Assembly (NCBI GenBank): GCA_934746645.1
Contig: CAKVFE010000003.1
Span: 68,997-132,996, forward strand
Reading direction: 5' to 3'
DNA: 64,000 nucleotides
DNA from: an uncultured Clostridia bacterium
GTDB taxonomy: Bacteria; Bacillota; Clostridia; Christensenellales; UBA1242
Positions 33,480 to 43,213 of this stretch are shown here, piece after piece. Position 1 is the first letter of the stretch, and the number at the start of each line of letters is the position of its first letter. A model generated the notes under the pieces. The model ran no database searches. It saw nothing but the letters and a program-made list of their open reading frames with translations, and had not been told where the DNA came from. The position numbers were made by a program, and so were the translations under genes.

Positions 33480-33558
33480 GTCTATAGTGCAAAAATTAAA
33501 TGCAAAAGTGTTTAATTTATGGTATATTGGTAAAGAACATAATTAAAAGGAAACTAAT

Positions 33559-33939
33559 ATGGTTGAAGAAGAAGGATATATACTAAAACAAATTAAAGCA
33601 GTTGCAAAAGCTATTGCAAAAATATTGTTTAATAGAGATAGTTACGATTATGTGTTACCAAAAGACGGTAAATATAATCAATACGACAATTTGTATCTTA
33701 CAATAATGGGACTTGCTGATAACAACAAATTTAATGAAGCAGAAGATTTGTTGTTTGAAAATATTGATGGTCGCAATGCTGTTTATATGCAAATTGCATT
33801 TGCTTTTTATGAAAAACTTGCAGGTTTAAGTGACGATGTCCTTAAAGCCAACAACTTTAGTAAAGAAGAAGTTGAACAAGGTTTTATTGATGTTTTGAAG
33901 ATGTACAACATAAGAGTAGACAAACAAAAGAGTGAATAA
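33559..33939 (+). CDS. Hypothetical small helical protein
   Basis: 126-aa ORF with RBS AAAGGAA; no motif recognised. Confidence 0.5.
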   Translation: MVEEEGYILKQIKAVAKAIAKILFNRDSYDYVLPKDGKYNQYDNLYLTIMGLADNNKFNEAEDLLFENIDGRNAVYMQIAFAFYEKLAGLSDDVLKANNFSKEEVEQGFIDVLKMYNIRVDKQKSE

Positions 33940-33940
33940 T

Positions 33941-34696
33941 ATGGATTATAACAAACTAGCGAAAAAAGTAGCAAAAATCGTAAAAAGTGCAAGTAAAATA
34001 TATTACAAACAAGACTTTTTTGAGATGGAAGAGCGTCATAAATACGAAAAAGATGACGTAACCAACAACGATGTTGCAACTCAAAATTATCTACAATACA
34101 AATTGTCACAACTTATCCCTAGCAGTGGTTTTATTGGCGAAGAAGGCTGTAGTAGTAATGTGAGTGACAATGGATATGTATGGATAATTGACCCTATTGA
34201 TGGTACTCAAAACTATAAAAAGGGTATACCTTTGTATGGTACACAACTAGCTTTGCAATATAATGGCGAAACAGTGATAAGTGTTATATATTTTCCAGTT
34301 CAAAAGCAAATGTATATTGCTACTCCTACTAAAGCTACACTTAATGGTAAACCTATACATGTATCAGACGAAAAAGATTTAAAATGGTCTGGTGCTTGTG
34401 TTTGTAACTATAGAGGATATATTGAAATAGAAGATAAATTTAAAATCCAACATACACTTGTATCTACATTAAAAACAGTTCGTATTTTGGGTTGTTCGGC
34501 ACTTAATTATGCATTATGTGCTTGTGGCAAAATGGAACTTGTTGTTGTCTTTGGTGACACTGTATGGGATTTGTATCCGGGTAAGTTTTTAATAGAACAA
34601 GCAGGTGGCAAAGTCTATACTAATGACCAACTACAGTTACATATTGCTGGTAGTGTAGAAATGGTTAATAAAATTATAAAATTGTTAGGTGTTTAA
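33941..34696 (+). CDS. Inositol monophosphatase-family protein
   Basis: Motifs GEEG and WIIDPIDGT, plus the C-terminal …DLYPG… pattern. The ATG at 33941 or the GTG at 33932 are both possible starts. Confidence 0.8.
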   Translation: MDYNKLAKKVAKIVKSASKIYYKQDFFEMEERHKYEKDDVTNNDVATQNYLQYKLSQLIPSSGFIGEEGCSSNVSDNGYVWIIDPIDGTQNYKKGIPLYGTQLALQYNGETVISVIYFPVQKQMYIATPTKATLNGKPIHVSDEKDLKWSGACVCNYRGYIEIEDKFKIQHTLVSTLKTVRILGCSALNYALCACGKMELVVVFGDTVWDLYPGKFLIEQAGGKVYTNDQLQLHIAGSVEMVNKIIKLLGV

Positions 34697-34865
34697 ACTC
34701 CTAACTTTTTTTATTTGTGATTATTATATTTTACCTTTTTTATGTGTGTATTTGGGTAAAATAACAGCAAAAGATAAAAATATACTTTAAGATATTTGCA
34801 ACAAATTGGTAATTAATATATACTTTATATGTATATATTAAATATATTATATGGAGATAGAGTGT

Positions 34866-36047
34866 ATGGATAAAAAAACTATTAAAGACTTAGATGTCTA
34901 CAATAAAAAAGTATTGTTAAGAGTAGACTTCAATGTTCCTATGAAAGATGGCGTTATAACTGATGATAACCGTATTAAAGAAGAATTGCCAACCATTAAG
35001 TATCTATTGGATAATGGTGCAGCAGTTATTGTTATGAGTCACTTAGGAAGACCTGAAGGACAAGTTAATTTGAAATATAGTTTGCGTCCTACTGCAGATA
35101 GATTGGCAGAATATTTGGGTAAAGAAGTACAATTTGCAGAAGATTGTATAGGTAGAGAAACCACAAAGAAAGCAAAAGAATTGAAGAGTGGCGAAGTACT
35201 AGTATTGGAAAACTTGCGTTTCCACGCTGAAGAAGAAGAAAATGACAAAGCATTCTGTGAAAAATTGGCAAAATTGGCAGATATATATGTTAATGATGCT
35301 TTTGGTACAGCACATAGAAAACACGCTTCTACTTATGGCGTAGCTAAATTGTTGCCTAATGCTGTTGGCTTCTTGATTGAAAAAGAATTGAGTATGATAG
35401 TTGACACTATCAACAATCCAAAAAGACCATTTGTTGGTATCTTGGGTGGAGCTAAAGTTAGTGACAAAATAACTATTGTTGAAAGTTTGCTTAATAAGGT
35501 AGATACATTGATTGTTGGGGGAGCAATGGCGTATACATTCCTTATGGCAGAAAACTACAATACTGGCGATAGTAAAGTTGAAAAAGAAATGGTTGACGAA
35601 GCTAAACGCTTAGTAGAACTAGCAAAAGAAAAAAATGTTCAATTATTGTTGCCTGTAGACCATATTATTGCCAACAATTTTGACAATCCAACTGTTATTA
35701 AAAATACTGTTGATGCCAATATCCCTAACGGATTTATGGGTATGGATATAGGTAAAAAGACTATTAAAAATTACAAACACGCTATAAAAGAAGCTAAGAC
35801 CGTTGTTTGGAACGGACCAATGGGTGTATTTGAAAATAAAAACTTTGAAAATGGTACAAAGGCTGTAGCTAAAGCAATGGCAAAATCAAAAGCTACTACT
35901 ATAGTAGGTGGTGGAGATAGTGCTGCTGCAGTTATTAAATTTAAATATGCTAAAAAGATGACACATATTTCTACTGGTGGCGGAGCAAGCTTAAAACTAT
36001 TTGAAGGAAAAGTTTTGCCAGCTGTTGATGTTATTGAAAATAAATAA
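34866..36047 (+). CDS. pgk: Phosphoglycerate kinase
   Basis: RVDFNVP, SHLGRP and GGGDS motifs. ATG 34866 follows GGAG. Confidence 0.95.
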   Translation: MDKKTIKDLDVYNKKVLLRVDFNVPMKDGVITDDNRIKEELPTIKYLLDNGAAVIVMSHLGRPEGQVNLKYSLRPTADRLAEYLGKEVQFAEDCIGRETTKKAKELKSGEVLVLENLRFHAEEEENDKAFCEKLAKLADIYVNDAFGTAHRKHASTYGVAKLLPNAVGFLIEKELSMIVDTINNPKRPFVGILGGAKVSDKITIVESLLNKVDTLIVGGAMAYTFLMAENYNTGDSKVEKEMVDEAKRLVELAKEKNVQLLLPVDHIIANNFDNPTVIKNTVDANIPNGFMGMDIGKKTIKNYKHAIKEAKTVVWNGPMGVFENKNFENGTKAVAKAMAKSKATTIVGGGDSAAAVIKFKYAKKMTHISTGGGASLKLFEGKVLPAVDVIENK

Positions 36048-36077
36048 GTAGAAAACAAATAAGCATAGGGGTGTAGT

Positions 36078-36824
36078 ATGAAATATCTAATTGGTAATCA
36101 CAAAATGAATCTTAGTAAGGCTGAACTTATTAAGTATTTTAAAGATTTAAAGAAAGTTGCAAAACAAAGTGATAATTTTGTAGGTGTATGTTTACCTAGC
36201 GTATATCTTGATTTGGCACAAAAAATGTGTAAACGCACAAAAATCCATTATGGTGCAGAGAATATGTTCTATAAGGAAAGTGGAGCTTATACAGGCGAAA
36301 TAAGTGCCAATATGCTTAAAGATTTTGATACCGAAATGGTTATTTTGGGACATAGCGAAAGACGCAGTATTTTTGGCGAAACTGACGATGTAGTTAATGA
36401 AAAAGTTTTGGTTGCTTTAGAAAAAGGACTTACACCAATATTATGTATTGGCGAAACTAAAGACCAAAGAGAAAATAAAGAAACTAATAAAATACTTAAA
36501 AAACAACTTACAAAAGGCTTAAAAGGTGTAACTAAAGAAGACCTTTCAAAAGTTATCTTTGCATACGAACCTGTTTGGGCTATAGGTACAGGTGTAAGTG
36601 CTACTAAAGAAGATGCAGAAAAAACAATCAAACATATAAAAGAAACTATAGCAAAACTATATGATTTACCAACACTAGATGGTATAGTAGTTTTGTATGG
36701 TGGTAGTCTTAATGGCAAAAATGTCAATGACATATTAAGCCAACCACATATAGATGGTGGTTTGATTGGTGGTGCTAGTCTTAAAGTATCCGAATTTGAA
36801 AAATTGATTGCTTATAAAGGCTAG
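36078..36824 (+). CDS. tpiA: Triosephosphate isomerase
   Basis: GNHKMN, GHSERR, AYEPVWAIGTG and GGASL motifs. Confidence 0.94.
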   Translation: MKYLIGNHKMNLSKAELIKYFKDLKKVAKQSDNFVGVCLPSVYLDLAQKMCKRTKIHYGAENMFYKESGAYTGEISANMLKDFDTEMVILGHSERRSIFGETDDVVNEKVLVALEKGLTPILCIGETKDQRENKETNKILKKQLTKGLKGVTKEDLSKVIFAYEPVWAIGTGVSATKEDAEKTIKHIKETIAKLYDLPTLDGIVVLYGGSLNGKNVNDILSQPHIDGGLIGGASLKVSEFEKLIAYKG

Positions 36825-36925
36825 TTGTATAAATAATTATTGACTTTATATCTCATATAATGTACAATTATAATAGAAATATGGCTAAAACATTAGGAAA
36901 ATCTTTTGTAAAAGGGTGATTGATT

Positions 36926-37165
36926 ATGGCAGGAACAATGTTAAATATGTTTAGTGCAATGTGGAACAAATTTTATAGTTCATTGCGCAGTTTACCAGGT
37001 TATGCTAAAGGTATAATTATATTCTTTATAGTTATGTCTGCATTGGTATGTTTTATATTTGCTGTTAAAGGAAGCAAAAAAGACAAGTTTGTTAAAAATT
37101 GGTTCTTGTTTTTCCTATGCATCTTACTTACAATTGTTGGTGTAGCATTTTGTATTATAATGTAA
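36926..37165 (+). CDS. Small membrane protein (2 TM), unknown function
   Basis: Hydrophobic ORF followed by a strong terminator. Start is ATG 36926 or TTG 36920. Confidence 0.45.
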   Translation: MAGTMLNMFSAMWNKFYSSLRSLPGYAKGIIIFFIVMSALVCFIFAVKGSKKDKFVKNWFLFFLCILLTIVGVAFCIIM

Positions 37166-37188
37166 CTAATTAATGTAAAATTTATTAA

Positions 37189-37216
37189 AAAACACGCAGT
37201 AATTGCGTGTTTTTTG
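37189..37216 (+). terminator. Rho-independent terminator
   Basis: ACACGCA-GTAAT-TGCGTGT plus T-run. Confidence 0.8.
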
Positions 37217-37310
37217 TTTAATCAAGTAGACTAAATATAACTACTATGATATACTTAATAAGTCAAAATGTGATAATTTTAAAAATTTTATATATTAATT
37301 TGGAGGCTTC

Positions 37311-37643
37311 ATGACAAACCTATTTAATTTGCTATTAGACGATGTCGCAAAACCTGTTCCTGATTGGATTAGTAAGTCATTCCCAATTATACAGACAATA
37401 TTGATTATTTTGATAGCATTATCAGCTGTAGTAATTATAGTTGCTGTACTTATGACTACATCTAACCCAGAAGGTGGCAACAATGCAATTACAGGTACCA
37501 ACGACAGTTATTATATGCAACATAAGGGTGGTAGTAGAGAAGGTAGATTGAAAAAGACTATAGTAATTAGTGCCATTGTTATTTTTGTATTGACCTTACT
37601 ATACTTCATATCATTTGCTGTATATACTGGTTTTACCGCATAA
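37311..37643 (+). CDS. secG: Probable preprotein translocase subunit SecG (N-terminally extended)
   Basis: Two TM helices separated by a G/N-rich loop (…LMTTSNPEGGNNAITGT…). Sits immediately upstream of rnr-smpB-ssrA, as in Bacillus. Confidence 0.55.
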   Translation: MTNLFNLLLDDVAKPVPDWISKSFPIIQTILIILIALSAVVIIVAVLMTTSNPEGGNNAITGTNDSYYMQHKGGSREGRLKKTIVISAIVIFVLTLLYFISFAVYTGFTA

Positions 37644-37764
37644 AAGTTTAATGAGGCTCTTAATTATTGATTAGGAGCTTTTTTAAATGTAAAAAATCTG
37701 TTGGATTAGTACTTATCTGTGCTAATCTAAATTTAACTAAAATAAATATATGTAGGATAAATTA

Positions 37765-39957
37765 ATGGATAAAAACAAGATTTTAAATCAAATTCAAGTA
37801 AACAAACTTGGTGACCTAGATTACGAATTTATTATTGCTCAACTATGCGTACTTAACAATCGCACTTTTGAAGAAATGAAAAATGCTTTAGACGAACTTA
37901 TCGTTGACGGCTCTTTTAAACTTAAATCTAGTGAAGAGGACAAAGCTCCAGCTTTCCCTTATGGACACAACAAACCTAGTCAAGACCTTATTGACGAAGC
38001 TAATGATATGATAAGTAGAAAAGATAAAAAACACAATACTCGTATGAAAAGCTTTAAACTTCAAGGTAGACTTCAAGGCACAAAGAGTGATTTTGCATTC
38101 CTAATACCTTTTGACCATACTTACGAAGATGTGTTTATTGCTGGTAAAGACCTTAATGGTGCTATCAATAATGATACAGTAGTTGTAGAAGTAAAAGGTG
38201 CTAAAGAAGGTAAACGCTTAGAAGGTAGAGTTATCCAAATATTGGAGCGTGGCAACGAGCGTATTGTAGGTAAAATATTCTTGTCAAAAGGCAATGCTAT
38301 GGTTATGCCTGATGATGTAAAATTTGGAAAAGATATATTGGTACCTATTGCTAAAGTTATGGGTGCACACAACGGAGATAAAGTTGTTGTAAAAATAACC
38401 AACTATGCCAATAAAAAGAATCCTACTGGCGAAGTTATTGAAGTTTTGGGTGCTCCTAATAAGATAGAAACAGAAGTTAAAGCTATTATTAGAAGTTATA
38501 ACTTATATGAAGAATTTCCTAAAAAAGTTATCGAATATGCCGAAACTTTACCTGACGAATTAGACAAATCTAAATATCCTAATCGTAGAGATTTGACCGA
38601 CCTTAATTGCTTTACAATAGACGGAGAAGATAGTAGAGATTTGGACGATGCTGTTTCTATATCAAAAAATAGTGATGGCACATACAAATTGGGTGTACAT
38701 ATTGCAGATGTAGGCGAGTATGTTAAATACAACAATCCACTAGATAAAGAAGCATTTAAGCGTGGGACAAGTGTGTATTTCCCTAATTTGGTATTACCTA
38801 TGCTTCCTAGAAAACTAAGCAATGGCATTTGTAGCTTAAACGAAATGGTAGATAGACTTGCATTGTCTGTATTTATGGATATAGACAAAAATGGCGAAGT
38901 TAAAAAATATGATATTTGTGAAAGTATTATAAAGAGTAAGAAGAGATTTACTTATACAACAGTTAGCGCTATTCTTGACGGAGATGAATATGAGTGTCAA
39001 CAAAATAGACATTTTGTAAAAGATTTGCTTCTTATGAACGAACTTAACCACATACTTATCAAAATGCGTGAAAAGCGTGGAGCTATTGATTTTGATATTC
39101 CTGAAGTTAAAATTACTCTTAACGAATTGGGAGATGTACTAGATGTACAACAAGCACCTAGAGATGATAGTCATAGACTTATAGAGAGCTTTATGGTCGC
39201 AGCCAACGAAACTGTTGCTACACATTATAACAATAAAAAAGAGCCATTTGTATATCGTATCCACGAAACACCAGATAGTGAAAAAATGGCAAACTTTATA
39301 AGACTTGCTACAAGTATGGGTGTTAAGACTACAGCTAATCCAGATAAGGTAGCACCTTTGGATTTGCAAAAAATATTGACACAAGTCAATGAGTTGGATT
39401 CAAAATATATGCTTAACCGTATATGTTTAAGAAGTATGAAAAAAGCAAAATATAGTCCAGATTGTATAGGACACTTTGGTCTAGCTAGTGTAAAATATTG
39501 TCACTTTACTTCACCTATTAGAAGATATCCAGACTTGACAATACATCGTATTATCAAAGCAGATTTGCGTGGCGAACTTACAGGGAAATTGCTTACCGAA
39601 CAACGCCAATTTGTAGTAGCAAGTTCTATGCATTCTTCAGATAGAGAACAATCTGCTGAAAAGGTAGAAAGAGATGTTGATGACCTATATAGAGTATTCT
39701 ATATGACACATCACATTGGCGAAGAATTTGAGGGTAAGATAAGTGGCGTTACCAACTTTGGTGTATTTGTAGAACTTGACAATACTGTTGAAGGTATGGT
39801 TCGTATTTCGGATTTACCAAGAGATAGTTATGAGTATGACGAACATGATTTTGTACTAAAAGGTGCAAAAGAAAAATTTGTTATTGGCAACACTGTAAAG
39901 GTTAAATGTGTTAGAGCAGATATCCTTGCTAGAGAGATAGATTTTGTTTTAGTTTAA
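37765..39957 (+). CDS. rnr: Ribonuclease R
   Basis: RNB-domain motifs (FTIDGEDSRDLDDAV, HFGL…YCHFTSPIRRYPD) and a C-terminal S1 domain. Confidence 0.93.
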   Translation: MDKNKILNQIQVNKLGDLDYEFIIAQLCVLNNRTFEEMKNALDELIVDGSFKLKSSEEDKAPAFPYGHNKPSQDLIDEANDMISRKDKKHNTRMKSFKLQGRLQGTKSDFAFLIPFDHTYEDVFIAGKDLNGAINNDTVVVEVKGAKEGKRLEGRVIQILERGNERIVGKIFLSKGNAMVMPDDVKFGKDILVPIAKVMGAHNGDKVVVKITNYANKKNPTGEVIEVLGAPNKIETEVKAIIRSYNLYEEFPKKVIEYAETLPDELDKSKYPNRRDLTDLNCFTIDGEDSRDLDDAVSISKNSDGTYKLGVHIADVGEYVKYNNPLDKEAFKRGTSVYFPNLVLPMLPRKLSNGICSLNEMVDRLALSVFMDIDKNGEVKKYDICESIIKSKKRFTYTTVSAILDGDEYECQQNRHFVKDLLLMNELNHILIKMREKRGAIDFDIPEVKITLNELGDVLDVQQAPRDDSHRLIESFMVAANETVATHYNNKKEPFVYRIHETPDSEKMANFIRLATSMGVKTTANPDKVAPLDLQKILTQVNELDSKYMLNRICLRSMKKAKYSPDCIGHFGLASVKYCHFTSPIRRYPDLTIHRIIKADLRGELTGKLLTEQRQFVVASSMHSSDREQSAEKVERDVDDLYRVFYMTHHIGEEFEGKISGVTNFGVFVELDNTVEGMVRISDLPRDSYEYDEHDFVLKGAKEKFVIGNTVKVKCVRADILAREIDFVLV

Positions 39958-39983
39958 AAAACATCAATTTTTTAATGTTTTTT
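39957..39983 (+). terminator. Weak AT-rich terminator after rnr
   Basis: AAAACAT/ATGTTTT hairpin plus T-run; low stability. Confidence 0.35.
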
Positions 39984-40230
39984 AATGATTTTCGTAGAAA
40001 AAATATTAAAATTGGGTATTGTAATATTTTTTGTTTGTGATATAATAAGTGTGTTGAATTCCCTTATTATATATATCGGTTTCTATTTTTTATGTAAATT
40101 TTTAATTAAATACACTAAAAAATAGACAATTACTAATATCGGAAGTTAATTGAAAACAATGTGAGTTTTTTGACAAAACATTGTTTTCTAATAACTAAAG
40201 ATATTGAAATAATATATTTTAGGAGAAAAA

Positions 40231-40683
40231 ATGAAAATTGTTTCAACCAATAGAAAAGCTTACCATGACTATTTTGTTGAAGACACTGTTGAAGCAGGCA
40301 TAGTCTTAGAAGGGAGTGAAGTAAAGAGCATAAGAGCTGGCAATTGCAATTTGAAAGATAGTTTTATTTTTATTGATAAAAATGAAGAACTTATCTTAAA
40401 AAATATGTATGTTAAGCCTTATGAAAAATCTACTGCTTATACACCTGACGAAAGACGAGATCACAAACTTTTGATGCATAAACAAGAAATAAAAAGACTT
40501 TTGAGTAAAGTTAGGGTTAAAGGTTATACTTTAATACCATTACAACTTTATTTTAAAAATTCTTTGGTTAAAGTCGAAGTTGGATTGTGCCGTGGTAAAC
40601 AGAACTTTGATAAAAAAGACGCTCTAAAAGAAAAAGATATCAAGCGTGATATGGAAAGAGCAATTAAAAACTTTAAAAACTAA
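40231..40683 (+). CDS. smpB: SsrA-binding protein
   Basis: NRKAYHDY…, GSEVKS.R… canonical SmpB pattern; AGGAG RBS. Confidence 0.94.
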   Translation: MKIVSTNRKAYHDYFVEDTVEAGIVLEGSEVKSIRAGNCNLKDSFIFIDKNEELILKNMYVKPYEKSTAYTPDERRDHKLLMHKQEIKRLLSKVRVKGYTLIPLQLYFKNSLVKVEVGLCRGKQNFDKKDALKEKDIKRDMERAIKNFKN

Positions 40684-40707
40684 GTTATTAATTACCCATC
40701 TTTTTAT

Positions 40708-41062
40708 GGGGGCGTAATGGTTTCGACGGGATTGTAAAGGTTAGGCTAAGCATATCACAGGCTCGTCTGTGTAAAAACGGAAACTTAAAATTTAAATGCA
40801 GAAAACAATACTGTATTAGCCGCTGCTTAATTTAGTCATGTGGCTTGTCCTTTTAGATAGTCCTACGGATCTATATAGGGCATTAGTTAGTAGGGTACGG
40901 ACTTTGACTTTCGCCTAGAAGTTTAAGTCTGAAACTATAGGCTGGTTCAACTTATATTTGTTAATTTTTTTAGGTTGAATAAGATATTCAAATTAACTAA
41001 ATATGTAGAAAGGTTTAAAATTTCTTTTTCGGACGCGGGTTCGACTCCCGCCGCTTCCACCA
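40708..41062 (+). ncRNA. ssrA: tmRNA (SsrA); tag reading frame 40798-40830 encodes AENNTVLAAA*
   Basis: 5' GGGGCGTAATGGTTTCGACGGG and tRNA-like 3' end GGACGCGGGTTCGACTCCCGCCGCTTCCACCA. Resume codon GCA, then GAA AAC AAT ACT GTA TTA GCC GCT GCT TAA. Starts 24 nt after smpB. Confidence 0.92.
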
Positions 41063-41093
41063 ATTATTGGTGGGTAAAAATTTGGAGGACAAA

Positions 41094-42482
41094 ATGTTAG
41101 AAGTATTAAATGTTATTCTAGATGTATTGGGAATATTAGCAATTATATGCTTAGGTGCATTTGTTGTTGTATTAATTGGGGACCTAATATTATCAACCTT
41201 TGATGGACACGAAGGTGTTTTCTTTCACAAATCAAAGAAACAAAAATATGACAATCAACCAACTGTTGAGTCTACCCCACAACCAGAACAACCAAGTGTA
41301 GTACCTTACTACCAAACTATTGAAGAAGAACCTGCTCCAGAACCTGTTGTTGAAGAAGAACAAGTTAGTGCAGTAGACTTCCAAAAAGCAGCAGACGAAC
41401 AAAAAATGCTTCAAAGCAAGGGTATTATTAAAGAACCAGCTAAAGTTGACGAACCTATGTTTACTGACATAGAAGATGAAGAAGACAACGAACTTGCAGA
41501 TGCTATTAAAGAAACAAGTCAAATTGCTCTAGAACAAATTGCTCAAGAAGCAGAAGATGAAAAGAGAAAAGAAGAAGAGCGTAAGCAAGAAGAGCTAAGA
41601 CAACAACAAGAAGAATTGAAAAGACAACAAGAAGAGTTGGAAAGAAAGGCTCAAGAAGTTAGAAACGAAAAAGAAGTTGTTTATATTCAAGCTCCTGTTG
41701 AGGAAGAAGATCCAAGCGTTAAAGAGTTAAAGAAACTTAGAGAAGATATTTTCGCACTTCGTCGTAGTGCATTTAAAGATTTGCAAGAAGCAAAAGAAAG
41801 CAACGAACAAAACGAAATTATTCAAACTAAGAGAGAATACAATCGTCAAATTAAAGAAAAACTTAAAGAACTTGACGAACTTAAACTTGATAAAGACAAA
41901 CTTGACGCTGAAAAAGAAGAGTTGTTAAAATACAAGAAAGTTGCTCTTGATAGAGAAAACGAACTTGAACAAATGTCTCAAGAAAGAGAACAACTTGAAA
42001 GAGAACTAGAAGAATTAAGACAAAGAGGCGAAAACCAAAAACCTTATTATTCTAGAGAACATTACGAACAAAAACTTGCAGAATTGGAAGCAGAACTTAA
42101 AGAAACAGAAAAAGATTTGCGTAGCAATAAGCGTGAGTTTGTTCCACTACAACGCATAAAGAAATCTTATGATCGTGACCAAGAAAAATTGCGTAGAAAA
42201 GAAGCTATTGTTGCTAAACAAAAAGTTGCTATTTATGGTAGCAAAAATTCAGCTAATATAGACCCTAAACGCAAAGAAAAACTTGAAGAAGATGTTAAGG
42301 TTCTTAAAGAACTTAAAGAAAGTGTATTCCACTGTGAACAAGTTCTTAACCAAAACAAAGATCGTTATCCAGTACTAGAAAAAGCTAACAAACTTTTGAC
42401 AAAGACATACAATAGATTGTTGTCTGACATCGAAAGTGTTAAAGCTGCTATAGCTTGGTATGACGAAAACGAAGGAAAATAA
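41094..42482 (+). CDS. N-terminally anchored E/K/Q-rich coiled-coil protein (orphan)
   Basis: ATG 41094 follows GGAGG. TM helix VLNVILDVLGILAIICLGAFVVVLIG, then long charged heptad-like sequence (EEERKQEELRQQQEELKRQQEELERK…). Confidence 0.6.
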   Translation: MLEVLNVILDVLGILAIICLGAFVVVLIGDLILSTFDGHEGVFFHKSKKQKYDNQPTVESTPQPEQPSVVPYYQTIEEEPAPEPVVEEEQVSAVDFQKAADEQKMLQSKGIIKEPAKVDEPMFTDIEDEEDNELADAIKETSQIALEQIAQEAEDEKRKEEERKQEELRQQQEELKRQQEELERKAQEVRNEKEVVYIQAPVEEEDPSVKELKKLREDIFALRRSAFKDLQEAKESNEQNEIIQTKREYNRQIKEKLKELDELKLDKDKLDAEKEELLKYKKVALDRENELEQMSQEREQLERELEELRQRGENQKPYYSREHYEQKLAELEAELKETEKDLRSNKREFVPLQRIKKSYDRDQEKLRRKEAIVAKQKVAIYGSKNSANIDPKRKEKLEEDVKVLKELKESVFHCEQVLNQNKDRYPVLEKANKLLTKTYNRLLSDIESVKAAIAWYDENEGK

Positions 42483-42491
42483 TTAATAAAA

Positions 42492-42525
42492 AGGCATTAC
42501 TTAACTAAAGTAATGTCTTTTTTTG
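42492..42525 (+). terminator. Rho-independent terminator
   Basis: 11-bp stem AGGCATTACTT/AAGTAATGTCT plus T7. Confidence 0.78.
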
Positions 42526-42550
42526 CTTTATAATCACATATTAACATATA

Positions 42551-42601
42551 TTTGTACAAAATTATTGTTATATAAAAAATATAATATAAAATTTGTACAA
42601 A
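42551..42601. promoter_or_regulatory. Two copies of the palindrome TTTGTACAAA (candidate operator pair)
   Basis: Exact 10-mers at 42551-42560 and 42592-42601, 41 bp apart, in the intergenic region upstream of the zinc-ribbon gene pair. Confidence 0.35.
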
Positions 42602-42665
42602 TGATTAAAAATAATTGCCAAAATTTACCAATTTTGATAGGATATTAGTATTAAGGAGTAGATAT

Positions 42666-42929
42666 ATGAAATGTCCAAAATGTGGTACAAAAATGATTGA
42701 TGGAATTATTCCAACTGATACATATAGAATTGTATTTAGAGGTAACAAAAAAGATTCTAGGACTAAATTACCACCATTTGAGTCTGCTTTAATGGGACCT
42801 AAAATACCATTGAGTGGACCGGGTTTTTTATTTCAAAATTGTACTGCATATTACTGCAATGTATGTGATATTGTTATTATTCCGGGGCCAACACATAGTG
42901 ATTTAAATGATTCAAAAATTTTGGTGTAA
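42666..42929 (+). CDS. Small zinc-ribbon protein (paralog 1)
   Basis: ATG 42666 follows AAGGAG. MKCPKCG…CNVC four-Cys arrangement. Confidence 0.6.
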   Translation: MKCPKCGTKMIDGIIPTDTYRIVFRGNKKDSRTKLPPFESALMGPKIPLSGPGFLFQNCTAYYCNVCDIVIIPGPTHSDLNDSKILV

Positions 42930-42946
42930 ATAAAGGGGAAAATTAT

Positions 42947-43213
42947 ATGAAATGTCCATATTGTTACCATGAAATGGTACAAGGTAGTGTGCCTGATAGC
43001 ATACAATTAGTTTTTAAACCTAAGTTTGGTAAAGAAATAGCAGATTATCAACACACAGTTCATCTTTTTGGTGGATATGTACCATTGTCAAAATACACTT
43101 TATTGGTTGCACATCCAAAGGCTTGGCTGTGCAAAAGATGTCACTTTGTTATGATGCCAGTGCATAAAGCTAATTCAATTATAGGAGATAATGAAAGTGA
43201 TAAGAAAAAATAA
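42947..43213 (+). CDS. Small zinc-ribbon protein (paralog 2)
   Basis: MKCPYC…CKRC. Shares the layout MKCP.C…M..G..P…F…PLS…A..C..C..V..P with the upstream gene. Confidence 0.6.
   Translation: MKCPYCYHEMVQGSVPDSIQLVFKPKFGKEIADYQHTVHLFGGYVPLSKYTLLVAHPKAWLCKRCHFVMMPVHKANSIIGDNESDKKK

Noticed and set aside
36287-36733. Long antisense ORFs opposite well-supported genes. These include 36287-36733 vs tpiA, 4908-5375 vs the aminopeptidase, 31702-32088 vs the antiporter, 38496-38888 vs rnr, 44094-44504, 52643-53020, 22561-22911 vs groEL, and many 60-130-aa ORFs in the track.
   Set aside because: They are shadow ORFs in AT-rich DNA. They have no RBS and low-complexity S/L/F/I-rich products, and each overlaps a gene with clear homology motifs on the other strand.
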